DNA of 62,905 nucleotides, filler included, from Nitrospinae bacterium RIFCSPLOWO2_12_FULL_45_22 (GCA_001803565.1; 8 parts of 8 records of this genome joined end to end with filler, not necessarily neighbours in it), one strand, 5' to 3'; shown: positions 29,086 through 39,784, counted from the first letter of the whole stretch. The notes: generated by a model not told the origin, from the sequence alone. A program made the numbers and translations.

Positions 29086-29161
29086 TGGTGAGCCGCCCAG
29101 GACTCGAACCTGGCACCCACGCCTTAAAAGGGCGTTGCTCTACCGGATGAGCTAGCGGCCC
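29086..29161 (-). tRNA. tRNA-Lys(TTT)
   Basis: GGGCCGCTAGCTCATCCGGTAGAGCAACGCCCTTTTAAGGCGTGGGTGCCAGGTTCGAGTCCTGGGCGGCTCACCA. Confidence 0.97.
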
Positions 29162-29206
29162 AAAAAAATGTAGAGTCATAATTTTTAGCAGCAAATATCC
29201 ATTTTG

Positions 29207-30107
29207 TCAATGGCCCTGGAGAATATCCTCAATAATTTTCTCGACTTCTTTGCCTAGTTTTTTCTTTAACTGCTCTTCGTTCTTGCCTTTAAAGAGTTCT
29301 TTATAGGCCTTAAGGCTGCGGCGGGAGAGGGATAGCAGATCGGGGGTAACTAGAGGTTCTTTTATTGTACCCAGGATGGTGAAGGGTATTTCTAACCTAC
29401 CCTGTTGATCAGCCAAATAGGGCCGATACTTCTCTTCTATCAGTTGATTAGTTTTTTCAGGTGATAAAAGACCAGTACCCCGGAGGTTAAGAGATTGATC
29501 TAAACCCACCATGCCCCTGGTGGATATGGATAGGTCAGGGCTCTGCATAAGCAGATCAGCGAAAAATATCTTGGCCTGCGCTAGATTCCATTTGCCGGAT
29601 AGTGTATCAAAGTCAGTATATTGTGGGATAGAGGTAGTAGCCTTCTTTGCTAAACCCTTCTTCCAGCGCGACAGTATCTCTAGGACACCTTTCGGCATAA
29701 GATTTTTCAGGATGTTTAGCTGGGCTATTCTTCCCTGGACAATATGGAAATCGCCTGTGCCGGTGAGTTCCTGATGGATGGAGTCTTTGGTGAATCCTTT
29801 TCCTGCTAGCTTGAAATCAGACGATAGTTTACCGGATAATGCCTTGCTCGGGCTGGTAAAGCTATCCAGTAGAGGGATCAGGTTGAGCTGGGAAAGACTG
29901 ACAGTGACCTGGTATTCAGCTCTATCTTTGTTAAAATCTATCGCCCCTACGCTGCGTATATCGCCATCAAATCCCCGGGCAGAAAACTCAGACCAGGCCA
30001 ACTTACCTCCTTCCAGGGTAATATTAGTAGCTAAATCTTTTAGGTATATCCCGCGGACTTTTACTTTGTCCTCCCGGATTTTTCCCTTCACGTTATACTG
30101 ATAAAGA
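29207..30107 (-). CDS. AsmA-family protein, C-terminal part (5'-truncated)
   Basis: LTGTGDFHIVQGRI, TDFDTLSG, GMVGLDQSLNL, EIPFTILGT..P. Confidence 0.75.
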
Positions 30108-30207
30108 NNNNNNNNNNNNNNNNNNNNNNNNNNNNNNNNNNNNNNNNNNNNTTAATTAATTAANNNNNNNNNNNNNNNNNNNNNNNNNNNNNNNNNNNNN
30201 NNNNNNN
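30108..30207. other. Artificial contig linker
   Basis: N44-TTAATTAATTAA-N44. Confidence 0.98.
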
Positions 30208-30264
30208 CTATTTTGGTAAAAATAGGACATTTCTATTTTGGCTTGACATCTGAGCAAAAAATGC

Positions 30265-30341
30265 TTGACAAAATAAGACGGATCGAGTAATTTGATACAC
30301 AGTTTGTTGGTAGGATAGAAGGAGGGTAGTTTTCTATCCTA
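30265..30341 (+). promoter_or_regulatory. csp promoter and 5'-UTR hairpin
   Basis: TTGACA(30265)-17-TAATTT; TAGGATAGAA(30311-30320) pairs with TTCTATCCTA(30332-30341). Confidence 0.55.
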
Positions 30342-30377
30342 TAGTACAGTTTTATTTTAGGAGGAGGGTTTGTAGTA

Positions 30378-30578
30378 ATGTTAAGAGGTAAGGTTAAGTG
30401 GTTCAATGATTCTAAGGGTTATGGTTTTATTGAGCAGGAGTCAGGTGAAGACGTCTTTGTCCATTATACTGCTGTTCAAGGTGATGGATTTAAATCCTTA
30501 ACCCAGGGCCAGGATGTACAGTTTGAAGTTGTTCAAGGCCCCAAAGGTCTCCAGGCTGCTAACGTCGTTAGGGCCTAA
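30378..30578 (+). CDS. Cold-shock protein (CspA family)
   Basis: [31 protein letters not shown]. Confidence 0.97.
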   Translation: MLRGKVKWFNDSKGYGFIEQESGEDVFVHYTAVQGDGFKSLTQGQDVQFEVVQGPKGLQAANVVRA

Positions 30579-30596
30579 GCAGGAGGTGCGGCCCAC

Positions 30597-30639
30597 AAAA
30601 GAACCCTAATGAGGATCAACTTCATTAGGGTTCTTTTTT
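30597..30639 (+). terminator. Rho-independent terminator
   Basis: AAAAGAACCCTAATGA...TCATTAGGGTTCTTTTTT. Confidence 0.85.
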
Positions 30640-30687
30640 CTACATTACTGCACTGGTAGCGAAGGGATATAATAAGGAGACTTTCCC

Positions 30688-30930
30688 ATGGAAATAGCTT
30701 TGAAAGACCTGGTTGGTTATATGGCAAAGGCTATAGTTGACAATCCTGAAAAGGTAGAAGTCAATGGGGTAGAGGGTGAAAACTCTATAGTAATAGAGCT
30801 AAAGGTTGCCAGGGACGATATTGGTAAAGTAATCGGAAAGCAAGGTAAGACTATCACTGCTATACGGACTATCTTGAATGCTGCCAGAGCCCAAAAAAAG
30901 AAAAGACATATCCTGGAATTGATCGAATAA
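30688..30930 (+). CDS. khpA: KH-domain RNA-binding protein
   Basis: AIVDNPEKV, DIGKVIGKQGKTITAIRT. Confidence 0.9.
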   Translation: MEIALKDLVGYMAKAIVDNPEKVEVNGVEGENSIVIELKVARDDIGKVIGKQGKTITAIRTILNAARAQKKKRHILELIE

Positions 30931-30965
30931 CCAGCGGCACTACCCGGGATTTCTATGTAAGCAAA

Positions 30966-32828
30966 TTGTGGCGCAAAAATCTCTTTTTAATATTATCTTT
31001 TATCCTGATTGTCTCGTTTCTTTCGCATTGCCTCCCACCACGATATTTCCCTAAGGCAGATCAAAAGGCTCTTCAGAATGCCCTGGAATTGTACCACCAG
31101 GGAAAACAAGAACCGGCTTTAGCAGCCTTCAAATCCTTTACCGCCAGGTTCCCGCAAAGTACTTACCTTAGCGAGGCCCTCTTTTATATCGGTATTATAT
31201 ATCGCCAGAAGAAAGAGCCTGGAAAGGCCCTAGAATATTTTAACCAGAGCCTTCGCTACTCTCCTCCTGTCCAACTCCAGGGCCAGATTTATAAACAAGC
31301 CGGCCTAAGTTATTCTCAACTCAAAGCCTACCAGGGTGCTATTAAATATTATAAAAAGGCATTGCATATGAGTAGCAGACCGGAGGAAAAGGGAGAGATT
31401 AGCCTCCTATTGGGCCGGTCGTATCAAAAGATGGGTAATTCATCCCAGGCATTGAAAGAATACCTCCGTGCCTTAAAATATAAGCCAGGTGTAGAACTTA
31501 TGACCAGGGCCAAAGACGGCCTGATCAACTTAATTCTCGAAATAAGCAATACCAATGAATTAGTCCCTTTGAAAGAAGAGAAAGACTTAGCTGAGGAGAC
31601 CCGGGGTTATGTATACTATAGGTTAGCAGAGCTATATTTTTCCCACCATGAGCATGAAGCGGCCCGCAAAGCATTACAGGAATATAATAGGCTTTTCCCA
31701 ACCCATCCCTACCAGGAAAAAGCCACTACCCTGTTAAGAAAGATTGACGAGTTAATACTCTCTATTTCTCAATCCTATACGGACCGGATAGGCTGTATCC
31801 TGCCTCTATCAGGGAAGTATGGCCCTATTGGGCAGAAAATCCTAAATGGGATAAAATTGGCTTTTTTGACCGCATCTATCCCCGCCGGTAAGGGAGAGTA
31901 CCGATTGGTGGTAAAAGATTCCGGCACTATCCCACAGAAGGTCATGTCAGCCTTGGAAGCCTTAGCCACCCAAGAAAAGGTGTTAGCAGTAATCGGCCCT
32001 GTTTTAGATGAGGAATTAAAAAGTGTCACCCCTATAGCCGCTAAATACCATATTGCCTTAGTCTCTCCTTCGGCCGCTGATGGGGCCCGGCTCCAGCCAA
32101 ACCCATATATATTCAGGACCATTCCCAATATCCGGCAATGGGGACGCCAGATGGCCGACTTTGCTATCAAAAAGTTATATTTAACCACCCTTGCTATCCT
32201 GTATCCCTATACCCCTTACGGCACTCAGCTCAAGGACTCATTTAGCGAAAGGGTAGTAGAGTTAGGGGGCAATATCAGCAAGATAGTATCATATAAAGCA
32301 GCCAGTAGTGACTTAGCTACTGAGCTAAGAGACCTTGTAGGGTATGGAAGTAGCGGGTTGTCCCCCCAGAGTATCTTCTTACCAGAAGATTATTATGGGC
32401 TGAGGCTCATTGCCCCCCAATTAGCCTATTATTTAGCGAATCAGGTGGTTCTGCTAAGCTGCTGCTATAAGGAACCTCCACCATTAGGCGATATAAAGCG
32501 GGGTGGGTTAGAGGGGGCCATATTTATGGTAGAATTCTTTCTCTCCTCAACTGATCCTAAGATAAAGGTCTTTGTAGATAGTTTTAAAAAGACTTTTGGT
32601 ATAGAGCCCGACTATTGGGCAGCCCTGGGCTATGATGCAGCCAATATTATCTTCCATATCCTCCAGCAATACACGGTACAAAATAGGGAGAGCGTCAAAG
32701 ACCTCCTCTTAGGAATAAAATACTTCTCGGGGGTAACGGGCAGAATAACTTTCTTACCTGACGGGACGGCAGAAAAAACACCTTTTATACTTAAGATTGA
32801 AGGGGGACGATTTGTCCAATTAAATTAG
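30966..32828 (+). CDS. TPR + periplasmic-binding-fold lipoprotein (LpoA/LppC-like)
   Basis: Lipobox-like LSHC, TPR repeats, IGCILPLSG, ALGYDAA, FSGVTG. Confidence 0.8.
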   Translation: MWRKNLFLILSFILIVSFLSHCLPPRYFPKADQKALQNALELYHQGKQEPALAAFKSFTARFPQSTYLSEALFYIGIIYRQKKEPGKALEYFNQSLRYSPPVQLQGQIYKQAGLSYSQLKAYQGAIKYYKKALHMSSRPEEKGEISLLLGRSYQKMGNSSQALKEYLRALKYKPGVELMTRAKDGLINLILEISNTNELVPLKEEKDLAEETRGYVYYRLAELYFSHHEHEAARKALQEYNRLFPTHPYQEKATTLLRKIDELILSISQSYTDRIGCILPLSGKYGPIGQKILNGIKLAFLTASIPAGKGEYRLVVKDSGTIPQKVMSALEALATQEKVLAVIGPVLDEELKSVTPIAAKYHIALVSPSAADGARLQPNPYIFRTIPNIRQWGRQMADFAIKKLYLTTLAILYPYTPYGTQLKDSFSERVVELGGNISKIVSYKAASSDLATELRDLVGYGSSGLSPQSIFLPEDYYGLRLIAPQLAYYLANQVVLLSCCYKEPPPLGDIKRGGLEGAIFMVEFFLSSTDPKIKVFVDSFKKTFGIEPDYWAALGYDAANIIFHILQQYTVQNRESVKDLLLGIKYFSGVTGRITFLPDGTAEKTPFILKIEGGRFVQLN

Positions 32829-32894
32829 CGCAGGCTAAAGCCTGCGACTACCCCAAAACCGCATTATTAAAATGAAAATTCCTATACTATTAAA

Positions 32895-34361
32895 TTAATC
32901 CCGGACTGCTTCTATACTGCGATAGACCAGTTGTTTGGCGAAGGGGTGTTCCAGTATCTTATCTCCTACCATATCTCCCAGGCCCAGGGCAGCCGCTAAT
33001 GCTAACCGGGCTTCTTCCTGGCGCTCAGTAGCCCATAAAAAGTAGGCCATCTCTTCCAGCCTTCCTCGATAAATGGCCCTTTTTTCGGGGCTAAAAAACT
33101 CCCTGACTATTTCCTGATAAACTTCTTCAACCCTCTCCCTCTGTAAATATTCAGAGACAATAATAAGACTTTGCTCGATCTCCCTTAGCTTTAATAGGTA
33201 TCTCTCTAGTTCCGCTGCTGGAATGAGCCAGGAACCGAATTCTTTCAGTTCCAAAAGTGAGCTAGACCTATGAAGGAAATACGGGCTTTCACTCACAGAT
33301 TCTACCGGTATCTCCTGATAGATAAGGGCCCCTTGCTTATCCTCAGCTTTCCTGGTTAATATATAACCAAGGGTAGCCAGAAATTCCCTGGGGAGTTCCT
33401 GGCCGGCTTTTTTATTGATCTCCTGGCACTCAGCTATCAGGGCCATAGCATACGCTGGTGGTATCTCGATAACCTCCGTGCTTTTTATAACCTTATCTAT
33501 CGCCAGGGTCACAACCTTCTTCGGGCCATCACCAGCTTGACAATCCATAATCCCCTGGGTATCACTCAGCAAGAGGGTTATAAACTGCATCTGGGCCATA
33601 GGCAAAGACTTTAATAGATGGATAAGCCGATTTCCTTGCCCATCAATAAAGCTGACCCAGGCCTGCTTAATGATATTATGATCCGGGGCAGTAAGGACAG
33701 ACTTAGGGGGCATCTTGATCCCCTGGCCAGTAATCTCTGCAGGAAAAGCCACTCCTCTTAAGCGATAGAGTAGTTTTTTGGCAAATTTTTGTACTAGTTT
33801 ATTCTGTTCTGTGGCAGCTACCTCTTGCAAGACATCCTTCGATTCGGGGATTTCAATAGTGGCCAGGACCTCCAGGGCCATTAGGGCATAATTATCCGCA
33901 GACTTCTGATAAACCATCTTTAGGAAAGGCAATACTGCCTCTCCCTTTTCTTTTACTAAGTCTTGTATAATAGCTTTAGCTAAGGGTTCCGGGAGTCTCA
34001 CCAGACGATTAATTATACCACCCAGATAAGTATTCTCCTCTAAACCCTTATCGGCAGGGCGATTAAATAGGGCATGGCGGATGCCTTGCTCCTCCTCTAA
34101 AAGTCTCTCTTCCTCAGGAGCTACCCTGTCACCCAACCTCTTCCTTATTTCCAGGGCAGTAGTTCTAAAATCCCTGGGCAGACTGAAGTCCTTATCTATA
34201 GCCACTAATAACGGCAAGCAACTTGTCTGCGTCATAAATTCCATAAGGGTAGAAAAATCCTGCGGGGTGAGGGCCTTTAATCTTTTTAGTAGCCATCCTT
34301 TAGGAATAGTCGCTGGGGATTTTAACTTTTCCAGGATATCAGAAAGGAGAGGGGTACTCAT
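32895..34361 (-). CDS. Hypothetical protein with HEAT-like helices
   Basis: 488-aa ORF; KFAKKLLYRLR, FIDGQGNR, RLEEMAY, EHPF. Confidence 0.75.
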   Translation of the reverse strand: MSTPLLSDILEKLKSPATIPKGWLLKRLKALTPQDFSTLMEFMTQTSCLPLLVAIDKDFSLPRDFRTTALEIRKRLGDRVAPEEERLLEEEQGIRHALFNRPADKGLEENTYLGGIINRLVRLPEPLAKAIIQDLVKEKGEAVLPFLKMVYQKSADNYALMALEVLATIEIPESKDVLQEVAATEQNKLVQKFAKKLLYRLRGVAFPAEITGQGIKMPPKSVLTAPDHNIIKQAWVSFIDGQGNRLIHLLKSLPMAQMQFITLLLSDTQGIMDCQAGDGPKKVVTLAIDKVIKSTEVIEIPPAYAMALIAECQEINKKAGQELPREFLATLGYILTRKAEDKQGALIYQEIPVESVSESPYFLHRSSSLLELKEFGSWLIPAAELERYLLKLREIEQSLIIVSEYLQRERVEEVYQEIVREFFSPEKRAIYRGRLEEMAYFLWATERQEEARLALAAALGLGDMVGDKILEHPFAKQLVYRSIEAVRD

Positions 34362-34670
34362 CTATCTTATATTCTTCCTGGCCTCGCGGGTTATCGCTTC
34401 TACCTCCTTGGGGCTTATTCGCCACTTTTCCCCCAGTAGTTTTAAGACAGATTGTTCATCGGGGTCTATGTGGCCGTCATTATAGAGGTAAAATTTTACC
34501 AGTCTCTGATATTCATATTTAACGGTAGCTTTGTCATTAGCGGATTTATTAGTTGTCACATCTTGTCTCCCAACCATATCACCTTTATCTCCGGCTGATA
34601 CGAATAAAGGAAAAAGGAGCACAAAGCCAAGGATAGGGATTAGTAAGCAAGGCATCTTTTTACCTGACAT
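34362..34670 (-). CDS. Small secreted hypothetical protein
   Basis: GGAGG RBS before ATG 34670, then a signal peptide. The longer track ORF starts inside a REP. Confidence 0.7.
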   Translation of the reverse strand: MSGKKMPCLLIPILGFVLLFPLFVSAGDKGDMVGRQDVTTNKSANDKATVKYEYQRLVKFYLYNDGHIDPDEQSVLKLLGEKWRISPKEVEAITREARKNIR

Positions 34671-34720
34671 TTTTTCCTCCCAGTTTCTTCGAACCAGCAA
34701 TTCTCGGTGAAAATCTTCCG

Positions 34721-34821
34721 GGGATTGCTTCGTCCCCCCCCACCTTTTCGGGTGGATGCCCGCTACTCGCAATGACATTACGAAACCCTTTCTGTCATTG
34801 CGAGCAAAGCGAAGCAATCTC
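34721..34821. repeat. REP-like palindrome pair
   Basis: GATTGCTTCG...CTCGCAATGACA and TGTCATTGCGAG...CGAAGCAATC. Confidence 0.8.
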
Positions 34822-34875
34822 AAAGATTTACAAGCTCACCGAAGAATTGCGCTTTCGGAGCAGATGCATGGTTTA

Positions 34876-35442
34876 TCAGAATTTCTCCAGCTCATTCTCC
34901 AGGATAACCTCATAGTCTGTCCAGCTTTCTCCATCTTTATGCGATGCTAGAATCTTTCTTAATTCATCTTCCGTTAAATCTCCTGGTACATACTTTTCAT
35001 AACAAGGGTATTCTTTCCCCCTCCTTAAATCAGCCGTATCTAACTCGGCTACAAACCTGCCCAGATAAAACACTTTGCCCGGCCTAATAATAAAGAGTTT
35101 AATAAGAGGCTCGTGATCTACCGTTACATCTTGATAGCCAAACCGGATAAACTTAAGGGTATAAATCCCGGGAGGGACATTAGGGATAGCATAAAACCCC
35201 TCACTGTCAGTATGGGTCTGGTAAACTGCTCCAGAAATAACTTCCTCCAGAGTAACCTCCAGCTTATCTTTTCTCTCCCCACCCCCCCGGCGCCAGTGAA
35301 AGGCACAGTTTCCTATGATCAGGGATTTTCCACTTTCGGGAGGTAGGGAAGAAGATTGAGGGAGGAGGGAACAGGCGGGCCAGGTTAAAAGAATAATGAT
35401 TACTAGTATTAATATATTTTTGGTTCTTATCCTCTCGATCAT
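34876..35442 (-). CDS. Lipoprotein with a carboxypeptidase-regulatory-like domain
   Basis: WPAC lipobox; TDSEGFYAIPNVPPGIYTL. Confidence 0.7.
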   Translation of the reverse strand: MIERIRTKNILILVIIILLTWPACSLLPQSSSLPPESGKSLIIGNCAFHWRRGGGERKDKLEVTLEEVISGAVYQTHTDSEGFYAIPNVPPGIYTLKFIRFGYQDVTVDHEPLIKLFIIRPGKVFYLGRFVAELDTADLRRGKEYPCYEKYVPGDLTEDELRKILASHKDGESWTDYEVILENELEKF

Positions 35443-35496
35443 CTAAACTCTTTTCTCCTTCTTTTTGTCATTTGTTATTTCACCATTAATCAATGA

Positions 35497-36960
35497 CTAA
35501 TGACCCAAAGCGGTAGCTGCCTCATGCCCTTCGATATACTCCAGGGCCTTCTGGAGTCGTCCAAGGACCTTTTCTTTTCCCATTATAGATATAACCTCAT
35601 AGATACCTGGGCTTACTGTCCCACCAGTAAGAGAAACCCGTACTGGCTGGGCAATATTTACCAGCTTGATCGTATGCTGAGACAATATATAAGAAAATAC
35701 CTCCTGGATAGCTGCCTCACTAAAATCTGTCAGTTGCCCCAGCCGCCTCAGTAGCTCTTCTAGCAAAGGAGCAATGTCTGGCCGAAGGAATTTCCTGGCC
35801 GCCTGGGCATCGTAAGAAATCTCTTCTTTAAAGAAATATTCCGCTGCTTCTGCCATTTCTTCTAAGGTCTTACACCTCTCCTGCAACGACTTTACTACTC
35901 TAGGGAAGGTATCCAGAGAAATCTGGTTATCTTGATTCAAGCTACCTTTCCTCTTCAACTGGTCTTCTAATAACTCAGCCATGCGATTAATATTACCGGT
36001 TTTTATATAGTGATTGTTTAGCCAGAGTAATTTTTCCTGATTAAATACCGCCGGTGCTTTATTTACCTTTTCTAACTCAAATAGCTCTATCAATTCCTCT
36101 TTACTAAAGATCTCTTGATCACCATAGGCCCAGCCGAGCCTTACCAGATAATTTATTAACGCCTCGGGCAAATATCCCTTCTCTCGATAAGTTAGAATTG
36201 ACTCGGCACCATGGCGTTTGCTCAGGCGGGCTTTATCTGGTCCTAAAATCATGGGTAGATGGGCGAAGGCTGGCATAGGGGCCCCTAAAGCCATATAAAG
36301 ATTTATCTGGCGGGAGGTATTAGTTAAATGGTCATCTCCCCTAATTACATGGGTAATCGCCATTGTTATATCATCCACCACATTCACAAAATTATAAGTA
36401 GGAGTGGAGTCAGAACGGACTAGAATCAGGTCATCTAGTTGGGAATTAGCTACCGTAACCTGGCCCCGAATGATATCCTGAAAGCTAACCTCTCCTTCCT
36501 GGGGTGTCTTAAAGCGAATAACCGGGACCCTATCAGGAATAGGGGTATTACGCTCCCGACAAGTCCCATCATATTTAGGTGGTTGGCCCCTCTTCTGGGC
36601 CGCTATCCTTTTCTGTTCCAGCTCTTCGGCTGAACAGTAGCAATAATAAGCCTTCCCCTCAGCTAATAACTGCTCAGCATAAGTCCGGTAGATACCAGAC
36701 CGCTCAGTCTGACGGTACGGCCCTTCATCCCAATCTAACCCCAACCAGGAAAGGCCCTCCAGGATACTATGGATATACTCTTCCGTTGACCTGGAGCGAT
36801 CAGTATCCTCTATCCGCAAGATAAATTTAGCCCCCTGATGCCGGGCAAATAGCCAATTAAAAAGGGCGGTCCGTACCCCACCCAGGTGCAAATGTCCCGT
36901 AGGACTGGGGGCAAACCGTACCCTTATATCTGCATCCATTCGCTGCTTTCCTTCTGCCAT
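35497..36960 (-). CDS. gltX: Glutamate--tRNA ligase
   Basis: [36 protein letters not shown]. Confidence 0.97.
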   Translation of the reverse strand: MAEGKQRMDADIRVRFAPSPTGHLHLGGVRTALFNWLFARHQGAKFILRIEDTDRSRSTEEYIHSILEGLSWLGLDWDEGPYRQTERSGIYRTYAEQLLAEGKAYYCYCSAEELEQKRIAAQKRGQPPKYDGTCRERNTPIPDRVPVIRFKTPQEGEVSFQDIIRGQVTVANSQLDDLILVRSDSTPTYNFVNVVDDITMAITHVIRGDDHLTNTSRQINLYMALGAPMPAFAHLPMILGPDKARLSKRHGAESILTYREKGYLPEALINYLVRLGWAYGDQEIFSKEELIELFELEKVNKAPAVFNQEKLLWLNNHYIKTGNINRMAELLEDQLKRKGSLNQDNQISLDTFPRVVKSLQERCKTLEEMAEAAEYFFKEEISYDAQAARKFLRPDIAPLLEELLRRLGQLTDFSEAAIQEVFSYILSQHTIKLVNIAQPVRVSLTGGTVSPGIYEVISIMGKEKVLGRLQKALEYIEGHEAATALGH

Positions 36961-37089
36961 ATTTTCTTAATTATATCCCTGACCGGGTAAAAAAACCAGT
37001 GCTATCCAGGATTATCGGGATTCTCTTTCCAACCCTGACATTAAAGCCACCCAACCTGTCTCTTTGTGGTAACAAGTTTAACTTGCTGG

Positions 37090-37212
37090 GTAACAGTTCA
37101 GGTTCTTTGTCATTTCGAGCGCAGCGAGAAATCTTTCCGAGACCGGAGCTAAATAAAGATTCCTCCCTTCGGTCGGAATGACATTCATTTTCGATAGGGG
37201 CTGAACTGTTAA
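37090..37212. mobile_element. MITE-like element with an exact 8-bp target-site duplication
   Basis: CTTGCTGG | GTAACAGTTCAG...CTGAACTGTTAA | CTTGCTGG; internal TGTCATTTCGAGC...GGTCGGAATGACA. Confidence 0.8.
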
Positions 37213-37233
37213 CTTGCTGGTATAGGAATTTTC

Positions 37234-37475
37234 TTTTTTGACAGGATTTACAGGATAAACCCTTATGCCCCAGGGGGCGTCACCAAACATGAAAATATCC
37301 ATATTCACCGCAGACGCAGAGGCGCTGAGTCTTCTTACGGATCGTAAGGGGTAAGGCGTGAGGGGGTATCTCCTTACGCCTAATGCTCTCACGCCTTACG
37401 GGTCTTCTCTGCGTCTCCGCTCCTCTGCGGTGAAGGCTTACAAAAAATTTGCAAATCCTCTTAATCCTGCCTAAA
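37234..37475. repeat. Concentric nest of palindromic repeat families
   Basis: TTTTGACAGGATT/AATCCTGCCTAAAA encloses TTCACCGCAGA/TCTGCGGTGAA, which encloses CGTAAGG/CCTTACG heptamers. Confidence 0.7.
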
Positions 37476-37513
37476 AAGCGCCGCCGAAGGCGGTTAATTT
37501 GAGGCCGGTATTG

Positions 37514-38701
37514 TCAAATAGTAAATATGGATACAGTGCCGGCTGCGGTATCATTACCAATCCAGCCCCCGGCATTCTGAGTTAATCCTACTTTAGCCCC
37601 TTTAACCTGTCTTTGTCCAGCATGTCCCCGCAATTGCCAAACGACTTCGGCTATCTGGGCCAGGCCCGAAGCCCCTACTGGATGTCCTTTAGCACAAAGC
37701 CCCCCACTGGTATTTACCGGGATAGATCCCCCTAACCACGTCTTGCCTTCATCAATTAACCAGCCACCTTCCCCCTTAGGGCAAAGGTCCAGATCTTCGT
37801 AAGCAAAGAGCTCTGCCGGTGTAGTTGCATCATGCACTTCGGCAATATTCACATCTTCAGCTCCTAAACCGGCTATCTCGTAAGCCTGCCTAGCAGCCCT
37901 CTCAATTAAACTCGGTGTGGTGATGTCTCGCTCCATACCGGATTTTAGTATAGTAGCAGCTACATTAATGGGCTTACTAGAGGCTCTTTTAGCAAATTGG
38001 GGACTGCATAAGATAGCAGCCGCTGCTCCATCTCCTAAAGGGGAGCACATAAGGAGGGTTAAGGGATAAACTATTAATGGAGAATTCAAAACCTCTTCCA
38101 CAGTGCATTCTTTTTGATATTGAGCATGGGGATTCAGGCAACCATTATAGTGATTTTTTACTGCTACCTTGGCAAATTGTTCTCTAGTGGTTCCATATTT
38201 TTCCATATGCTTGATGGCCAGACCAGCATAAAGGTCCATAAACATACTCCGGCTAGGTAGCCCTCCCTCCTGGGCCTTGGACCCTTGCGCATGTTCCTCT
38301 ACGTCTACCGCAGCGGCTAATGCATTAAATGATTTAGCTTTATCCTGATGATAGAGTTTTTCTATGCCTAAGGCCAGGACTACATCATAGAGCCCCGAGG
38401 CAATAGCCATCCAGGCCTGATGGAAAGCGGTGGAGGCACTAGCGCAGGCATTCTCCAAATTTATCACCGGAATATCGCCTATACCCATATGGCGCAAAAT
38501 GACCTGCCCTCTGATACATTCCTGCCCGGTTATAAGGCCCATTACGGCACTGCCTACAAAGGCTGCCTGGAGATCCTCTTTTTTTAAACCAGCATCAGCA
38601 AGGGCCGCCTGGACTGCTTCAACGCCTAAATCCTTGATACTTCGATCCAAAAATTTCCCAAATTTAGTCATCCCAACACCTACCACCTTTACTTGCTGCA
38701 T
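37514..38701 (-). CDS. Thiolase-family protein (SCP2/lipid-transfer type)
   Basis: VGVGMTKFGK, ENACASASTA, AEVHDA, VNTSGGLCAKGHPVGASG. Confidence 0.92.
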   Translation of the reverse strand: MQQVKVVGVGMTKFGKFLDRSIKDLGVEAVQAALADAGLKKEDLQAAFVGSAVMGLITGQECIRGQVILRHMGIGDIPVINLENACASASTAFHQAWMAIASGLYDVVLALGIEKLYHQDKAKSFNALAAAVDVEEHAQGSKAQEGGLPSRSMFMDLYAGLAIKHMEKYGTTREQFAKVAVKNHYNGCLNPHAQYQKECTVEEVLNSPLIVYPLTLLMCSPLGDGAAAAILCSPQFAKRASSKPINVAATILKSGMERDITTPSLIERAARQAYEIAGLGAEDVNIAEVHDATTPAELFAYEDLDLCPKGEGGWLIDEGKTWLGGSIPVNTSGGLCAKGHPVGASGLAQIAEVVWQLRGHAGQRQVKGAKVGLTQNAGGWIGNDTAAGTVSIFTI

Positions 38702-38734
38702 TTCATTTCCCCCAGTAAAGTTGCGGGCACTGGG

Positions 38735-38944
38735 CTATTCCTTCCAGTGCTCTCTTGCCCTTTCAAATATTTCGTCTATTGTCTGTCCTTCGTAAAGCCG
38801 CCGAGAGATTTCCACATAGTCGGTAGGCTCACGGTGAAGCAAAGTAAGGAATTTGAGTGCGGTAGCAGGGCCAAGAGCCTTGTTTAAGGCTTCTATCCCT
38901 CTAATCCTGATCTCTGTGTCATCCATCATTCCTGCCTTTTCCAT
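38735..38944 (-). CDS. Antitoxin downstream of the PIN toxin
   Basis: RGIEALNKALGPATALKFL...DYVE; similar to 22333-22557. Confidence 0.75.
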   Translation of the reverse strand: MEKAGMMDDTEIRIRGIEALNKALGPATALKFLTLLHREPTDYVEISRRLYEGQTIDEIFERAREHWKE

Positions 38945-39211
38945 CAGCTCACCTCCTGCCTAATATAATCTACCGGATTCATAACCACCGTCTCAAGTTT
39001 TAATCGTTTAGCTTGCCTAATTACTCTATCATCACATGTCAGGAAAACGTTGGCGCCATCATATGAAGCACACGCCAAATGAATGGCATCTTTAGCTGAA
39101 AGCCTTTCTTTCTTCTGGAATGATTTAGCAAGCTTATAGATTTCTTCCTCTGGGCCTGCCCGTGCTTTGCAAAGAGCAGCAAGACGAAAGATCTCGTATT
39201 TCCGCTTTCTT
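38944..39211 (-). pseudogene. PIN toxin remnant lacking the N-terminus
   Basis: DAIHLACA, FLTCDDRV, VMNPVDY present; the first YLD acidic motif is absent. Confidence 0.7.
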
Positions 39212-39784
39212 TTACTCTGGTAACTGCAATTCTTCAGCACCTCTTAAAATAGTCTCAAGAAGGGCCTCTACTCCCAACTCCCTAGCCCACTTCCGCAAAT
39301 ACTCTCTGTCTAACCTCTCCCATTGAACTACTGCTACTCCCAATGCATCTCGAAATTGAAGCTCTGACCCACTTTCTCTAGACCATTCTAATTTACTCAA
39401 TATTGCATCCTCTGGAGAAAGAACATAAACCTCAATCCCCAAAATGTTTGCGCTTAACCGTCTCATGAATTCCTCATGGCTAAATGCACGGTCCTTGCAA
39501 ATTATTAAATCTGCTTTCCAACCTGTTTGATGGTCAATCACATTGAACATAGATCGATTTTGAAATGCTTCCTGGGCAACCTCTGGACTGATATAATATC
39601 CTTCCCCTAAAGATTGGGTAAAAGCATTCAACTGCTCTAATGTGGGAGCGATTATCAAGTCTATATCATTTGTCGCTCGTGGTTCTCCGTGCAGACTACT
39701 TCCCAGTGATCCCGAAATCATATAGGGTATCCCCACTTCATCCAACTTTGCCAAAAGCCTCCCTAAGAAGTCCTTTTGACTCAT
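39212..39784 (-). CDS. Nucleotidyltransferase-fold putative toxin
   Basis: PYMISGSLGSSLHGEPRATNDIDL (GS..DxD), SPEDAILSKLEW, QFRD. Confidence 0.75.
   Translation of the reverse strand: MSQKDFLGRLLAKLDEVGIPYMISGSLGSSLHGEPRATNDIDLIIAPTLEQLNAFTQSLGEGYYISPEVAQEAFQNRSMFNVIDHQTGWKADLIICKDRAFSHEEFMRRLSANILGIEVYVLSPEDAILSKLEWSRESGSELQFRDALGVAVVQWERLDREYLRKWARELGVEALLETILRGAEELQLPE

Noticed and set aside
34671-34823. N-terminal extension MRLLRFARND of the 153-aa ORF, and short ORFs at 36999-37392
   Set aside because: They are translations of REP/MITE palindromes.
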